39,636 nucleotides of DNA from a virus (IMGVR_UViG_3300037991_006664:1-39636); one strand, 5' to 3'. Positions 8,638 to 18,439 are shown, counted from the first letter of the stretch. The notes: generated from the letters alone by a model not told the origin. Numbers and translations are program-made.

Positions 8638-10767
8638 TTATTGTATTCTTCTAGCTGATGTACCAAAAGCTGTTCCTGCATTCGTTCCGTCTATTTCTAC
8701 TACTTCTCTTTTAGCTACTAATTGACGTAATAATGCATTAGTAGTTCTCATATCAGTATTTCCTCCTGAGTTACCATTATTTCTACTAATATTAGGAGAA
8801 ACTGCTATACCATCACCTGCAGCTGTTATAGCTGTGGCTCCAAAACTATCAGTAATTGTGAATGGTCCCCTTCCTGAAGTTGATGGAATCATACCATCAC
8901 TTATAAATTGAGCACCAAGTGCTGCAAATATTCCTCCAGCTAATACTGTTGCAGCTAGTATTGGACCTGCTGCTGCCCCCATCGTCATGGCTATTGCTGC
9001 TGCAGCTGCTGCTGCTGCTATTCCTAATAACATAGGACCTAACATAGAAGCAACATCTGCTATTTTTTCCATTGCTATAGCTTGTTTTTCTTGTAAAGAA
9101 AGTGCTTTTGCATTTGCTTCTGCTTCTGCTGCGTCTCTTTCTAAATCTGCATCTCTTTGAGTTGCTAAAGCTTCACCTTGAAGTACTTGATTTGATAGTT
9201 GGTCTACTGATATACCCAAAGCTCCAGCTAATGCTTCTTGTTGTAAGACATTCATTTGTTGGAGTTCTTCTAAAGAACCAGCTTCTCTTACTAATTCTTC
9301 CATTAAAGCAGTTTGGTCACCTGTTAATGCTGCTTGTCTTGCTCTTTCTAAATTTATATCTCTACCTAATAGTAATTCTGCTTGTAATTCTTTTTCTATG
9401 GAAGATTCAAAATCTAATAATTGACCTGCTGAATTTGATATAGCCTCCATTTCAACCCCTAAAGATTTAGCTGTTGCTACAGCTTTTGCTAAACCACCAG
9501 GAAATTTTTCTAAATTAACTCTTGTTGCCCCTGTTATTTTATTAGCTTCATCTAGAACATCCTTTAAATTTAATCTAATTCCAAACTCTTTTTCGACAGC
9601 AAGTGTAGATGCAATTTGAGTATCTTCAAGTTCTTCAAATGATTTACCAGTTGCCATAGCTAAAACACCCATATTTCCAACTGCCTCTTCTGATAGTTTT
9701 AACCTCTTTAATGTTTCTGCTGCTGCTACTCTAGTTTTACTATCAAATGTTAAAGCTACTCCTCCTAAACCTTGGTTTAAAGCACTAACTGCTTCTACTT
9801 GATCGTGCATTGTCACCCCAAACATCCCAGCCGCAACACTGGAGTCGACCATCTCTGCTTTAAGTTTAGCAGCATCCCCTTTAGACAAACTAAGATCACG
9901 TTGCATATCCGTGATAGCTTGTTCCATTGACATAAACGCATTAAATGCAGCTGATGCTAATGCTACTAAACCTGCTGGTCCTAAAAAGTTTGCAGTTGCA
10001 GATTTTAACCCAGCAGCAAAACCTCCTGAAAGTTTTACATTATCTTTCATGATTTTGTTACCTGCTGCCTTACCTGTTAATAACTGTTTCTGACCATTTT
10101 TATTTGTAATTGTAAGTTTATCTGTAAGTCCGAGTTCTTCTATTTTAGCAGCATTTAAACCTTTACCCGTTTTGAGCATGGTCATTTGTTCCGCCTTATG
10201 TGTTCTTGCGGCGTCAGCTGCTGCTTGGAATGGTTCAGAGAATCTATTTAAACCAGGAATTAATTTTGCTATATCAGCTATTCCTCCAAAAGTTTTAACA
10301 CCTAAATCATCTGATACTTCTTTAGATATATCTCGTGTTAATTTTAATTCTTTTATTAAATTTTTGGTTGAAACTACAGATCCATCAATTGATTCATTAA
10401 TGTCTTTTTGGAATTGACTTCCTTTTTCACCAATTTTATTTCTTAAAGTTCCTAGAGTAACTATTTTTTTTTCTAGGTTTTGTATATTTTGAGTAATAGA
10501 TTGATTAGTTTTCTTTAAACCTAATTCTTTACCCTGGATAGCAAAAGAGTCCGTTGCAATTTTATTAATTTGATTTACAACATTAAGAAGTTCTCTTCTT
10601 TCAGTAGTTTGGAATTGGAGTTGTTTAGCTTGATCTCTTAATACATTAGAAAAATCTCTACTTTCATCTAATGCCTGTTCTGATAGACCAACATTTTTTG
10701 CTAGAAGTGCATTCTGTTCCTGGAGTGCCTTATTTTCGGCTTTTATGTTCTCAAGTTTTTTACTCAC
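8638..10767 (-). CDS. Tape measure protein (GTG start)
   Basis: 709 aa, Ala/Leu/Gln-rich and helical, with hydrophobic stretches near the C-terminus. Follows the tube and chaperone genes. Confidence 0.85.
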   Translation of the reverse strand: MSKKLENIKAENKALQEQNALLAKNVGLSEQALDESRDFSNVLRDQAKQLQFQTTERRELLNVVNQINKIATDSFAIQGKELGLKKTNQSITQNIQNLEKKIVTLGTLRNKIGEKGSQFQKDINESIDGSVVSTKNLIKELKLTRDISKEVSDDLGVKTFGGIADIAKLIPGLNRFSEPFQAAADAARTHKAEQMTMLKTGKGLNAAKIEELGLTDKLTITNKNGQKQLLTGKAAGNKIMKDNVKLSGGFAAGLKSATANFLGPAGLVALASAAFNAFMSMEQAITDMQRDLSLSKGDAAKLKAEMVDSSVAAGMFGVTMHDQVEAVSALNQGLGGVALTFDSKTRVAAAETLKRLKLSEEAVGNMGVLAMATGKSFEELEDTQIASTLAVEKEFGIRLNLKDVLDEANKITGATRVNLEKFPGGLAKAVATAKSLGVEMEAISNSAGQLLDFESSIEKELQAELLLGRDINLERARQAALTGDQTALMEELVREAGSLEELQQMNVLQQEALAGALGISVDQLSNQVLQGEALATQRDADLERDAAEAEANAKALSLQEKQAIAMEKIADVASMLGPMLLGIAAAAAAAAIAMTMGAAAGPILAATVLAGGIFAALGAQFISDGMIPSTSGRGPFTITDSFGATAITAAGDGIAVSPNISRNNGNSGGNTDMRTTNALLRQLVAKREVVEIDGTNAGTAFGTSARRIQ

Positions 10768-10777
10768 TTAAATTGTT

Positions 10778-10790
10778 TTATTATAAATAT
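10778..10790 (-). promoter_or_regulatory. Putative late promoter (ATATTTATAATAA)
   Basis: Exact motif 10 nt upstream of the tape measure start. Confidence 0.7.
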
Positions 10791-10805
10791 TAAATGATAA
10801 AACTT

Positions 10806-11099
10806 TTATTTATATTTTGTTTTATTAGCAAATTTAGGGGGATTAATTTTTCCCGAACTTGATAAAACATTTTGTTTATTACTACCTTTATTAGCCGCTT
10901 CTATTTTCTTATTTTTTTCTTTAATAAAATCGTCTATTTCTTTAAAGGTAAATTTCCTTAACCAAATAGGCATGTTATATACAGTACCAAAATCATAGCC
11001 TCCACCACCATGGTAAACTATGTTATGTATTTGGGTAAATAAATTTTTCCTATACTCTGCAGCGTTACTCAGAGTCAGGCCAAAAAAGCGTGAGTCCAA
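10806..11099 (-). CDS. Second tail-assembly chaperone ORF (gpT / T4 gp51-like), probably expressed by frameshift
   Basis: Overlaps the upstream gene by 35 nt, has only a TTG start at its 5' end, and contains TVYNMPIWLR. A CTTTTTT run lies in the overlap. Confidence 0.65.
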   Translation of the reverse strand: MDSRFFGLTLSNAAEYRKNLFTQIHNIVYHGGGGYDFGTVYNMPIWLRKFTFKEIDDFIKEKNKKIEAANKGSNKQNVLSSSGKINPPKFANKTKYK

Positions 11100-11793
11100 T
11101 TGGGATTGAGACTCTTTTACCTGTTCCTTGGGGAAAAAAAGTCAGATCTAAGTCTGGGTTGATTGTTTTTATATGTTCTCTTAATGCTCGAGCATCTCGA
11201 GCTAATAAATAATTATCTACAAAATCACGTATTGCTTTTTGAGATGAATCTCCTGCTACACTAGTAATTTGATGTTTTAATCTAGTAGAAATAGTAGCAT
11301 CAGAATCTTTTTTTATCTTTTTTAAACTATCTACTTCTTCATTTATTTTCATTTCATCTCCATGAGTTAATAACTTAAAAGTAATTTCTGTTTTTGAATT
11401 TGGGAATGTAAAATTAAATTTATTTTCTCTATTCCATGATTTTTCATCTACTTTAACGTTTTCTAATTCAGCTAAATTAATAGTATTTTCTTCTCCATTA
11501 TACTGAAATCTATAATCTGGACCATATCCTAATACTCTTGCTGCTATCATTACTGCATTTTTATCTCCTATTAGTAAATCATCATAATTAATTTTACTTA
11601 CAATAAGTGATTCAAATAGTTTATCTAATACAATACCTTGTTGAATATACGCTATATTAGATAATATATCTTCTTCTTTAGCCGTCATGTATTTGATTTC
11701 AATTTTTCCGTCAGATAAAGGACTATTTTCTGGATAGAGTAAACCTTTAGATGGTAAATCTATAACTTCTGTTGGTAACTTAAATTCTGCCAT
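11065..11793 (-). CDS. Tail/baseplate hub assembly chaperone (T4 gp26-like)
   Basis: 242 aa. N-terminal LPSKG...IKYMTAKEEDIL pattern, located between tube and tape measure. Confidence 0.75.
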   Translation of the reverse strand: MAEFKLPTEVIDLPSKGLLYPENSPLSDGKIEIKYMTAKEEDILSNIAYIQQGIVLDKLFESLIVSKINYDDLLIGDKNAVMIAARVLGYGPDYRFQYNGEENTINLAELENVKVDEKSWNRENKFNFTFPNSKTEITFKLLTHGDEMKINEEVDSLKKIKKDSDATISTRLKHQITSVAGDSSQKAIRDFVDNYLLARDARALREHIKTINPDLDLTFFPQGTGKRVSIPIGLTLFWPDSE

Positions 11794-11819
11794 AATTTAT
11801 TTTAAATAACTGTAATTGT

Positions 11820-11832
11820 TTATTATACATAT
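11820..11832 (-). promoter_or_regulatory. Putative late promoter variant (ATATGTATAATAA)
   Basis: One mismatch to the recurring motif, just downstream of the terminator and upstream of the chaperone gene. Confidence 0.55.
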
Positions 11833-11838
11833 CAATAT

Positions 11839-11871
11839 AAAAAAGAGACTTGACAAAGCCAAGCCTCTTTT
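11839..11871 (-). terminator. Rho-independent terminator after tail tube gene
   Basis: Minus strand GAGGCTTGGC-TTT-GTCAAGTCTC (10 bp with two G-U pairs) followed by a T run. Confidence 0.8.
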
Positions 11872-11897
11872 CAGGAAATATTCAGGAATAAATATTT

Positions 11898-12386
11898 TTA
11901 GAAATTCAACACGCAATAATCTGGTTGAACTGTTATTTCTATATTTTGGGCAGCACTTTCTTCATCCCAGCTATAATCTCCAAAGTTTGCAGATGTAATA
12001 AAAGCTCCCTTCATAATCCATTCAGAAACTATATCACCTACAGGTCCTAAGACGTTTAGTGTTAAATCTTTTTTATAAAAATCAGAATAACCATCTCTAC
12101 CTGTTACTGATTCGTGGTGTAATCTTACCCACTCCATTACTGCTTGTGCACCAGAAGGTGTAATTGGGTCAAATAATGTCATATTGATTGGATCCCAGGT
12201 TGTTTTACCTTTTACATATCTTTGAACGTTTATGTGGTTTAATGGAATTGATGCTTGTTGAACAGTAACTCCACCTACCATTTTAATTTGGTAAGAAGGT
12301 ATACCATCTACTAGCATTATAAACCTATTCTTTTGTTTAGGTTCAAAAGCGGTAAAAAATATCTCGTTTGCTTGTAATACTGCCAT
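11898..12386 (-). CDS. Tail tube protein (T4 gp19-like)
   Basis: 162 aa directly after the sheath gene, with FEPKQKNRF, GKTTWDPINMTLFD and YKKDLTL..LGPVGD patterns. Confidence 0.9.
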   Translation of the reverse strand: MAVLQANEIFFTAFEPKQKNRFIMLVDGIPSYQIKMVGGVTVQQASIPLNHINVQRYVKGKTTWDPINMTLFDPITPSGAQAVMEWVRLHHESVTGRDGYSDFYKKDLTLNVLGPVGDIVSEWIMKGAFITSANFGDYSWDEESAAQNIEITVQPDYCVLNF

Positions 12387-12406
12387 TTTATTTTATTTAT
12401 TTTTCT

Positions 12407-12419
12407 TTATTATAAATAT
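12407..12419 (-). promoter_or_regulatory. Putative late promoter (ATATTTATAATAA)
   Basis: Exact motif upstream of the tube gene. Confidence 0.7.
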
Positions 12420-12434
12420 TCTATTTCTAAGTTT

Positions 12435-14189
12435 TTATGCTGGGAATGTTGCTCCTGTTGGAAGAACATTGAAATCCAGTATAATAAATTCAGCTGTTTT
12501 AGTAGGTTGTAAATATATTTGACCTACCATTTCATTTCTATCAACAACATCTGGTGTGTTATTGCTATCATCCATTACAACTTTAAACGCGAATAATCCT
12601 TGTCTTTGTTGTACTGATTCTAGGTAAGGGTTAACTTGGCTTAAGAAATTATTTCTAGTGATAATTGTATTTTGATCAAATACTAATGTATCAGCAACTT
12701 GTCCTATAAAGTTCTTAAGAGCAATTAACAATCTTCTTACATTTACTCTATCTAAAGCACTTGCTTTTTTCTGTAATGTTTTCTGACCAAATACTACAAC
12801 ACCCTGTCCTGGGAATGTAGCTATTGGGTTTACATTTGCTTCATATAATGTATCTCTATTACCTACAGTTAATCTTCTTTCTGCGTTTACTACAGATAAT
12901 CCACCTCTAGTTATACCTGCTGGTGCGAACCATGGATCTGAAGTTGAATCTGTAAATGCATAAACACCTGGTATTACTGTTGATGCTGGAACATATACTA
13001 GTTCTGATGTGTTTGCATCAACTACTCTAACCCAAGGCCAATATGTAGCTGCATAACTAGAATCAAATCCAGCTGCTTGAACTGTTACAGTGTTAATTGC
13101 TGTGTTATAATTTACTAAATCAACAATTGCCATTGCATCTCCTCTAGATACACAATTATTAACTAAAGTTGTTATTTGGCTACCTTGAGCAGCATTTGCT
13201 TTAATTAATCCAGGTACTGATATTACATTATATCTATAATCATCTTGATTTGCCATTAATGCTATAGCTTGATCATAATTAGCACCTACTAATCCTTGTG
13301 AATCTTTATTATCTATATTTTCGTAGAATTTCATTCCTTCTGGTCTTCCAAGAGGAATCATACTTCCAATAGCTCCATTCATTGATCCTGATTGTGGTGC
13401 TGCTGGTAAACTACCTGTAAATGTTGATTTTGCATTACCATCATTATCAAAATAATCTGGAGTTGGTTCTACTGATTTTACTCTTACATATGGTTGTGTA
13501 AGTGGATAATTTCCAGTTTCTTTAACATAAGTATCTCCACCATCAGTTACTACTGATTTATCCATATCACCTACTAATTTGGAAATATAATTTGGTGAAT
13601 TTGGATCTAATGATACATTATTTAATGTAAATACTGGTTCTCTTTGAGTTGCATTATCATTACCTTTTCTAATTACTAATGAAAATGTACCTGATGCTGT
13701 ATTTACTGTTGGAATTTCCCATCTAAGATTATCGACAGTACCATCCTGTAAAGCTCCATTTCCAATTTCTGTAACTCCAGTATTCATTATTGTACCTTCT
13801 GCTATTGTTTCTAATTGGAAAGGTCCAAAATTATCAGCGCCAAAATCTGGTCCTCCTGAATCTGTTGATCCTGTAGTTATTAATGAACTTGATGCAGGTC
13901 CAAATGATTGACTAACAACTCTAGTAACCCAAACTGAGTCACCACCTTGTTGGAAGTAATTTGATACTGCTATATTTGTTAAGAATGAATACGGTCTAGA
14001 ACTACTTATAATTGTAGTTCCAAAAGTAGTAGTAAAATCACTATAAGAAGTGATTAATTGTGGAATTTCTACAGGTCCCTTCGCCGTAGGTCCTATTATC
14101 GCTGCTCCTACCTCCGTTGGTACAGGTTTAATGAAAGATGAATCATTTTCTCTTTGTAAAACCCCAGGGGATAAAATAGTTTCTGCCAT
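12435..14189 (-). CDS. Tail sheath protein (T4 gp18-like)
   Basis: 584 aa with SPGV..RE.D, PWFAPAG..RG, LYEANVNPI, GQKTL, DRVNVRRL and PTKTAEFI sheath motifs. Confidence 0.95.
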   Translation of the reverse strand: MAETILSPGVLQRENDSSFIKPVPTEVGAAIIGPTAKGPVEIPQLITSYSDFTTTFGTTIISSSRPYSFLTNIAVSNYFQQGGDSVWVTRVVSQSFGPASSSLITTGSTDSGGPDFGADNFGPFQLETIAEGTIMNTGVTEIGNGALQDGTVDNLRWEIPTVNTASGTFSLVIRKGNDNATQREPVFTLNNVSLDPNSPNYISKLVGDMDKSVVTDGGDTYVKETGNYPLTQPYVRVKSVEPTPDYFDNDGNAKSTFTGSLPAAPQSGSMNGAIGSMIPLGRPEGMKFYENIDNKDSQGLVGANYDQAIALMANQDDYRYNVISVPGLIKANAAQGSQITTLVNNCVSRGDAMAIVDLVNYNTAINTVTVQAAGFDSSYAATYWPWVRVVDANTSELVYVPASTVIPGVYAFTDSTSDPWFAPAGITRGGLSVVNAERRLTVGNRDTLYEANVNPIATFPGQGVVVFGQKTLQKKASALDRVNVRRLLIALKNFIGQVADTLVFDQNTIITRNNFLSQVNPYLESVQQRQGLFAFKVVMDDSNNTPDVVDRNEMVGQIYLQPTKTAEFIILDFNVLPTGATFPA

Positions 14190-14215
14190 CGTTAAATTAT
14201 ATTTTTAATATTGTT

Positions 14216-14228
14216 TTATTATAAATAT
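14216..14228 (-). promoter_or_regulatory. Putative late promoter (ATATTTATAATAA)
   Basis: Exact motif upstream of the sheath gene. Confidence 0.7.
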
Positions 14229-14247
14229 TAAAAACCTTTTCAAAAAA

Positions 14248-14499
14248 CTATTCTGATTTAATAAGCTCGCCGTTCTTTAAATCAATACGACCTTCACCAT
14301 ATTTATCTTGAAGTTTTGCTCCAATTTCTAATTGGCTTTTTCTATGCTTTTTTAAATCTTCTTCTAAATTTTCTTGTTCCTGATCTAAATCAATTTCTGC
14401 TATTTTAATTCTACCTGCCGTTATAAGAATTCTGTTTTCTTCTTCTTGTAACTTATTTAATTGATCTAGTTCTTCCTTTGATAACTTAATATTACTCAT
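14248..14499 (-). CDS. Small coiled-coil hypothetical protein
   Basis: 83 aa, charged and helical, ending KYGEGRIDLKNGE. Has a late motif upstream. Confidence 0.65.
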   Translation of the reverse strand: MSNIKLSKEELDQLNKLQEEENRILITAGRIKIAEIDLDQEQENLEEDLKKHRKSQLEIGAKLQDKYGEGRIDLKNGELIKSE

Positions 14500-14507
14500 A
14501 TTTATTT

Positions 14508-15230
14508 TTATTGGTTATAAATATATATAAAATCTTTTAAATCAATAAGTTGTTCCTTAATAGGTGTTTTATGTTTTAACTGTTTTAAACATCTATTAAT
14601 AACTATTTCATCTGAGGATAATATATCTATTTTTAAATTAAAAATGTCTTTAATTATATTTGCTAATTCAAATTTTGAATTGCATTCACTTCCTATAGTA
14701 GTATCTACTTCATAAGTATCCCAATTATTTAACAAATTTAAACTAAATTTAGCCCAAAATAAAGTAGTACTACCATTCCACATAGCCTTATTTGATAGAT
14801 TAATTCTAGACATATTTTTAATGTATTCAAACAAATAAGGTTTAGGAGTTAATTCTGGTCCTATAATTGAGGATCTTATAATTTTAGTGTTTTTACCCAC
14901 AGTATTAATATAATATGAAGCACTAAATTTAGAAGCAGCATATAATCCTACTTCATTTTCAGAATCGGTACCGGGGTGGATTATTTTACAATTTTTTTCT
15001 TGATCTAAATACTTTGGCAATTCATGATTTATTGCTATTCCTTTTTTGTTTGGGTTTGTAACAGCAATACAGTTAATTATAGCATCACCATTAAAATTTT
15101 TTATAGTATTTTTAAATTCATTACTAGGCCATTTGTATTCAGTTGTAGTACACTTTATATTTTCATGTTCATAATACTTATGAACCATGGAACCTAACAT
15201 TCCCTTATGTCCTAATATTAATACTTCCAT
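14508..15230 (-). CDS. NDP-4-keto-6-deoxysugar reductase (RmlD-like SDR)
   Basis: 240 aa with VLILGHKGMLG (GxxGxxG), IINCIA, YAASK (YxxxK) and IIRSSIIGPEL. Confidence 0.8.
   Translation of the reverse strand: MEVLILGHKGMLGSMVHKYYEHENIKCTTTEYKWPSNEFKNTIKNFNGDAIINCIAVTNPNKKGIAINHELPKYLDQEKNCKIIHPGTDSENEVGLYAASKFSASYYINTVGKNTKIIRSSIIGPELTPKPYLFEYIKNMSRINLSNKAMWNGSTTLFWAKFSLNLLNNWDTYEVDTTIGSECNSKFELANIIKDIFNLKIDILSSDEIVINRCLKQLKHKTPIKEQLIDLKDFIYIYNQ
14515..14524 (-). promoter_or_regulatory. Putative late promoter (ATATTTATAA) inside the 3' end of the reductase gene
   Basis: Core motif 15 nt upstream of the start at 14499. Confidence 0.6.
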
Positions 15231-16156
15231 GGTCTAAAGAAATCATATTTACCTAATATTTTAATTAATTCAGGATGTGAAACTGTAGTTTCATAACTGT
15301 TGAATTCATCTGCTATACTGTCTGCTGATACATCTTTATAATGCATGTAATAAGTATCATTATCTTCGTTATAAATCGTTCTAGGTGCTTCTTCTTTACT
15401 AACCATTATTTCATGTATTTTTTCTGATACCCTAGGTACGCCTATCTTATATTTTAATCCAAACTTATCTTTATAAATTTCAAACAAATCTTTAACTAGA
15501 AAGGATCTTAAATTTGGAACTACATTATAACCACTTACTTCTAATCCTTTTTCTATTAAATCCATAGCATCTTCAATATCAATCATAAATCTAGTCATTT
15601 CTTCAGAATATAAAGTAAGAGTATATCCTTTATCAATTGAGTCCCAAATTAAAGGAATAATACTACCTGTTGAATTTAAAACATTTCCATATATAGCAGA
15701 TGATAACTTTACATTTGATTTCTCAGCATTTACTATAAATGATTCTCCTGCTATAAATTTCATTGAGCCATATAATGTAGTTGCTGCTCTAGATTTATCA
15801 GATGATATAAAACAAGCGGATTTAAAATTATTTTCTTCTGCTGCTCTTCTAGAATTAATAGCTCCATCAATTAATACTCTTACACCTTCTTCTACATTTT
15901 GATCTACAGCTTCTATTTGTTTTAGTGAGGCAGCAAAAATACCAATAGTATGTCCTTTAGATGCTCTTTTTAATAAATCAAAATTACGAACATCCCCAAT
16001 AATACAATTAATATTTGGAAATTGTTTTTTTAAGTAATAATGTTTAGCCTCATCTCTAGAATAAACCGTAATTTTATTATCATCATAGTAACGTCTTACT
16101 AAATTAGATCCTAAAAAACCAGCACCACCTGTTATAAATATTTTTTCGTTTTTCAT
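15218..16156 (-). CDS. UDP-GlcNAc 4,6-dehydratase (PseB/FnlA/CapD family)
   Basis: 312 aa with ITGGAGFLG, YSRDEAK, IGDVR, AASLKQI, SSDKS, YGSMK, YGNVLNSTGSIIP, MTRF and EKIHE. Confidence 0.9.
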   Translation of the reverse strand: MKNEKIFITGGAGFLGSNLVRRYYDDNKITVYSRDEAKHYYLKKQFPNINCIIGDVRNFDLLKRASKGHTIGIFAASLKQIEAVDQNVEEGVRVLIDGAINSRRAAEENNFKSACFISSDKSRAATTLYGSMKFIAGESFIVNAEKSNVKLSSAIYGNVLNSTGSIIPLIWDSIDKGYTLTLYSEEMTRFMIDIEDAMDLIEKGLEVSGYNVVPNLRSFLVKDLFEIYKDKFGLKYKIGVPRVSEKIHEIMVSKEEAPRTIYNEDNDTYYMHYKDVSADSIADEFNSYETTVSHPELIKILGKYDFFRPWKY

Positions 16157-17361
16157 GGGTTTATAAATTTAATTTTTGGGAAAGGTACAATATAAGGTAT
16201 ACCTAAATGTTTTGTTTTTTCAATAATCATATCTGCAAAATTCCATGCTAAAATTAAAATGTAATCTGGAGGGTGATGTTCTAATATTTCGGGATTAAAT
16301 ATAGGTATTTTTCCATTTGATGTAAATCTATCATATCTTTCAGGTGATTCATCTACAATATACATTAAATCATTAGTATCCCAATTTTTAGTACTAGTTA
16401 CTACATTTGCTCTACCAGATGCACCATAGCCAGCTACTGTTTTGTCTCTTTCTTTTATATAACCTAATTGAGCACCTAAATCATTTAGTGCAAAAGATAT
16501 TTCAGTACTAAACTTACTTAAATCTTGGTAATCTTTTTCTATTTCTAAATACCCATCTACTCTTTCTTTTTTAGACTCTAATGTATCTTTAGTAGCTACA
16601 ACTCTAATAGATCCACAATGTATAGGTACACTTTCAACATCTATTATTTTAAGATTATACTTAGAAAGTAATGGTATTAAACTAGTTACAGTATAATAAA
16701 ATAAATGTTCATGATACATAAAATCAAACTGAAATTTGTCTACTAAGTCTACTAAATATTGTACTTCAAATATAAATCTACCTTTGGGTTTTAAGGAATA
16801 ATGAACACCTTTGATTACTGAATTAATATCCTCGATATGTGCAAAGGTATTACTAGCTAAAATTAAATCAAATTTATCTTCCCATTCTTTATTTTTAGCA
16901 AAATTATAATTAAAAAAATCATCTATAATATCTAGTGATTTTCTTCTTCCTAATTCTACTATGTTAGTAGCAGGATCTACTCCTATAGTATTATGTATAC
17001 CTCTATGTTTTAAAGCATCAAGTAAAGGGCCATCATTACAGCCAAATTCCAAAACTTTACTATTTGGAGTAATCTTTTGAGTTCTAACTAACCAATCTGC
17101 AAAGTTATTAAAATGATTTTGCATACCAACAGATGATATATACCTATAATCCTTAAATAAGGTTTTTGGTGGAATTAAAGTATTGGTCTGTACTAATTCA
17201 CAATGTTTACATTTTACTATTTTAAGGGGATAAGTATTAATTTTAGCATCTGGTTCTTTAGGAAAACTCCCAGCTAAAGGAACTTCGCCAAAGTCATATA
17301 TAACATCAAATTCAGTGTGCCCACATGATTCACAGGAAATACGTTCTTTATACGTTGTCAT
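16153..17361 (-). CDS. NDP-hexose C-methyltransferase (TylC3/TcaB9-like)
   Basis: 402 aa with Zn motifs CESCG and CKHCELVQ, SAM motif VLEFGCNDG, FDFMYHEH, IHCGSIR, GYGASGR and ILAWNF. Confidence 0.9.
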   Translation of the reverse strand: MTTYKERISCESCGHTEFDVIYDFGEVPLAGSFPKEPDAKINTYPLKIVKCKHCELVQTNTLIPPKTLFKDYRYISSVGMQNHFNNFADWLVRTQKITPNSKVLEFGCNDGPLLDALKHRGIHNTIGVDPATNIVELGRRKSLDIIDDFFNYNFAKNKEWEDKFDLILASNTFAHIEDINSVIKGVHYSLKPKGRFIFEVQYLVDLVDKFQFDFMYHEHLFYYTVTSLIPLLSKYNLKIIDVESVPIHCGSIRVVATKDTLESKKERVDGYLEIEKDYQDLSKFSTEISFALNDLGAQLGYIKERDKTVAGYGASGRANVVTSTKNWDTNDLMYIVDESPERYDRFTSNGKIPIFNPEILEHHPPDYILILAWNFADMIIEKTKHLGIPYIVPFPKIKFINP

Positions 17362-18439
17362 TTGCTACTTCTATTGCTGATATTAGGGATAATCTAATTA
17401 ATTCTTTTGGAATTTCCAAACCATTTATAATAATTTTAAAATCTCTATTAGAGGAAATAAATTTAGTACCTTTATATTCCCCAATATATTCTTTTAATTT
17501 ACTGTATTCAAAAGGCAAATATATTAAATGATAATCTATGACATTATTTGATTCGTCTTTTTTAATTTTTGTTTTATGGATAGTATCATAATCTAATTTT
17601 ATTTCAATATCCATTTGATCTTGAATTTCAAATAAATACAATATAGCTTTTTCAGTACCTATTTCTTCTCCTTTAACCCATATTTTTTCTTGACCTAAAA
17701 TCCATTTATAACCATCACTAGTATAATATTGGTTAATAAAATTAGTATCCATTTTGATAGAAGTAGTAACATCTTCACACCAATCTTTGAATGGTATTAT
17801 TTTTGAATTTTCTGAAAATAATTTTTGGTACATATAATTTTCGGTAACCCCAAATCCTACATTAACGGCGTAATCATCATAATTTATTTCTTTTATTTTA
17901 TCAATAAAGGGATTTAATTTTAAGGCACACCAAGACATATGTAATGCGGGATCATACTTTCCTCCATCATTCATTTTTACCTCACCATAGTCTAAAATAA
18001 CATTATCGTGCCAATCTAAATATTTTTCAGTTTTATTTACTATATTATCTGTAATATTTAAATCATAATTTAAAACATATGCAGTATGATATCCTAATTC
18101 ATAAGCATATGTAAGTCCTCTTTTCCATTGTTGTACAGCGGCATAACCATAATCTAAATATAAAGTATTTAGTTTATAAAATTTATGTTTAAGCCAATGT
18201 ATAGTAGATCTATCTTGAAAATCCATTATAGGATTACTATAATCAAATAAAGTATAATCAGTTAAATCTGTAGCTTCTTCCTCTACGGGATAATGGGAAA
18301 ATAATATAATATCCTTATTATATTTTTTTAATGATGTTAAAGTATTTTTTAATACTTCTTGTTTTTCTTTAGTATCGCAGTAAGCTGCAACTAAAAAACA
18401 ATCATCATGCTTCTTTTTCTGAGATAGTTTGGTTATCAC
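17348..18439 (-). CDS. Putative glycosyltransferase-like protein, paralog of 18405..19355
   Basis: 363 aa sharing CDT.EK..VL, SH.P, D..NPI, DYG and NYD with its neighbour. The GT-A-like call rests on context and the NYD motif only. Confidence 0.5.
   Translation of the reverse strand: MITKLSQKKKHDDCFLVAAYCDTKEKQEVLKNTLTSLKKYNKDIILFSHYPVEEEATDLTDYTLFDYSNPIMDFQDRSTIHWLKHKFYKLNTLYLDYGYAAVQQWKRGLTYAYELGYHTAYVLNYDLNITDNIVNKTEKYLDWHDNVILDYGEVKMNDGGKYDPALHMSWCALKLNPFIDKIKEINYDDYAVNVGFGVTENYMYQKLFSENSKIIPFKDWCEDVTTSIKMDTNFINQYYTSDGYKWILGQEKIWVKGEEIGTEKAILYLFEIQDQMDIEIKLDYDTIHKTKIKKDESNNVIDYHLIYLPFEYSKLKEYIGEYKGTKFISSNRDFKIIINGLEIPKELIRLSLISAIEVANDNV

Noticed and set aside
8990-9020. GCT/GCA trinucleotide run as a contingency repeat
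   Set aside because: It encodes poly-Ala with mixed codons in a hydrophobic tape measure segment.
11870-11890. Short direct repeat TTCAGGAA(A)TA x2
   Set aside because: Only two imperfect copies, not noticed elsewhere, with no supportable function.
11816-11998. 60-aa plus-strand ORF across the tube/chaperone gap
   Set aside because: It spans a terminator and the antisense of the tube gene, and has no coding features.
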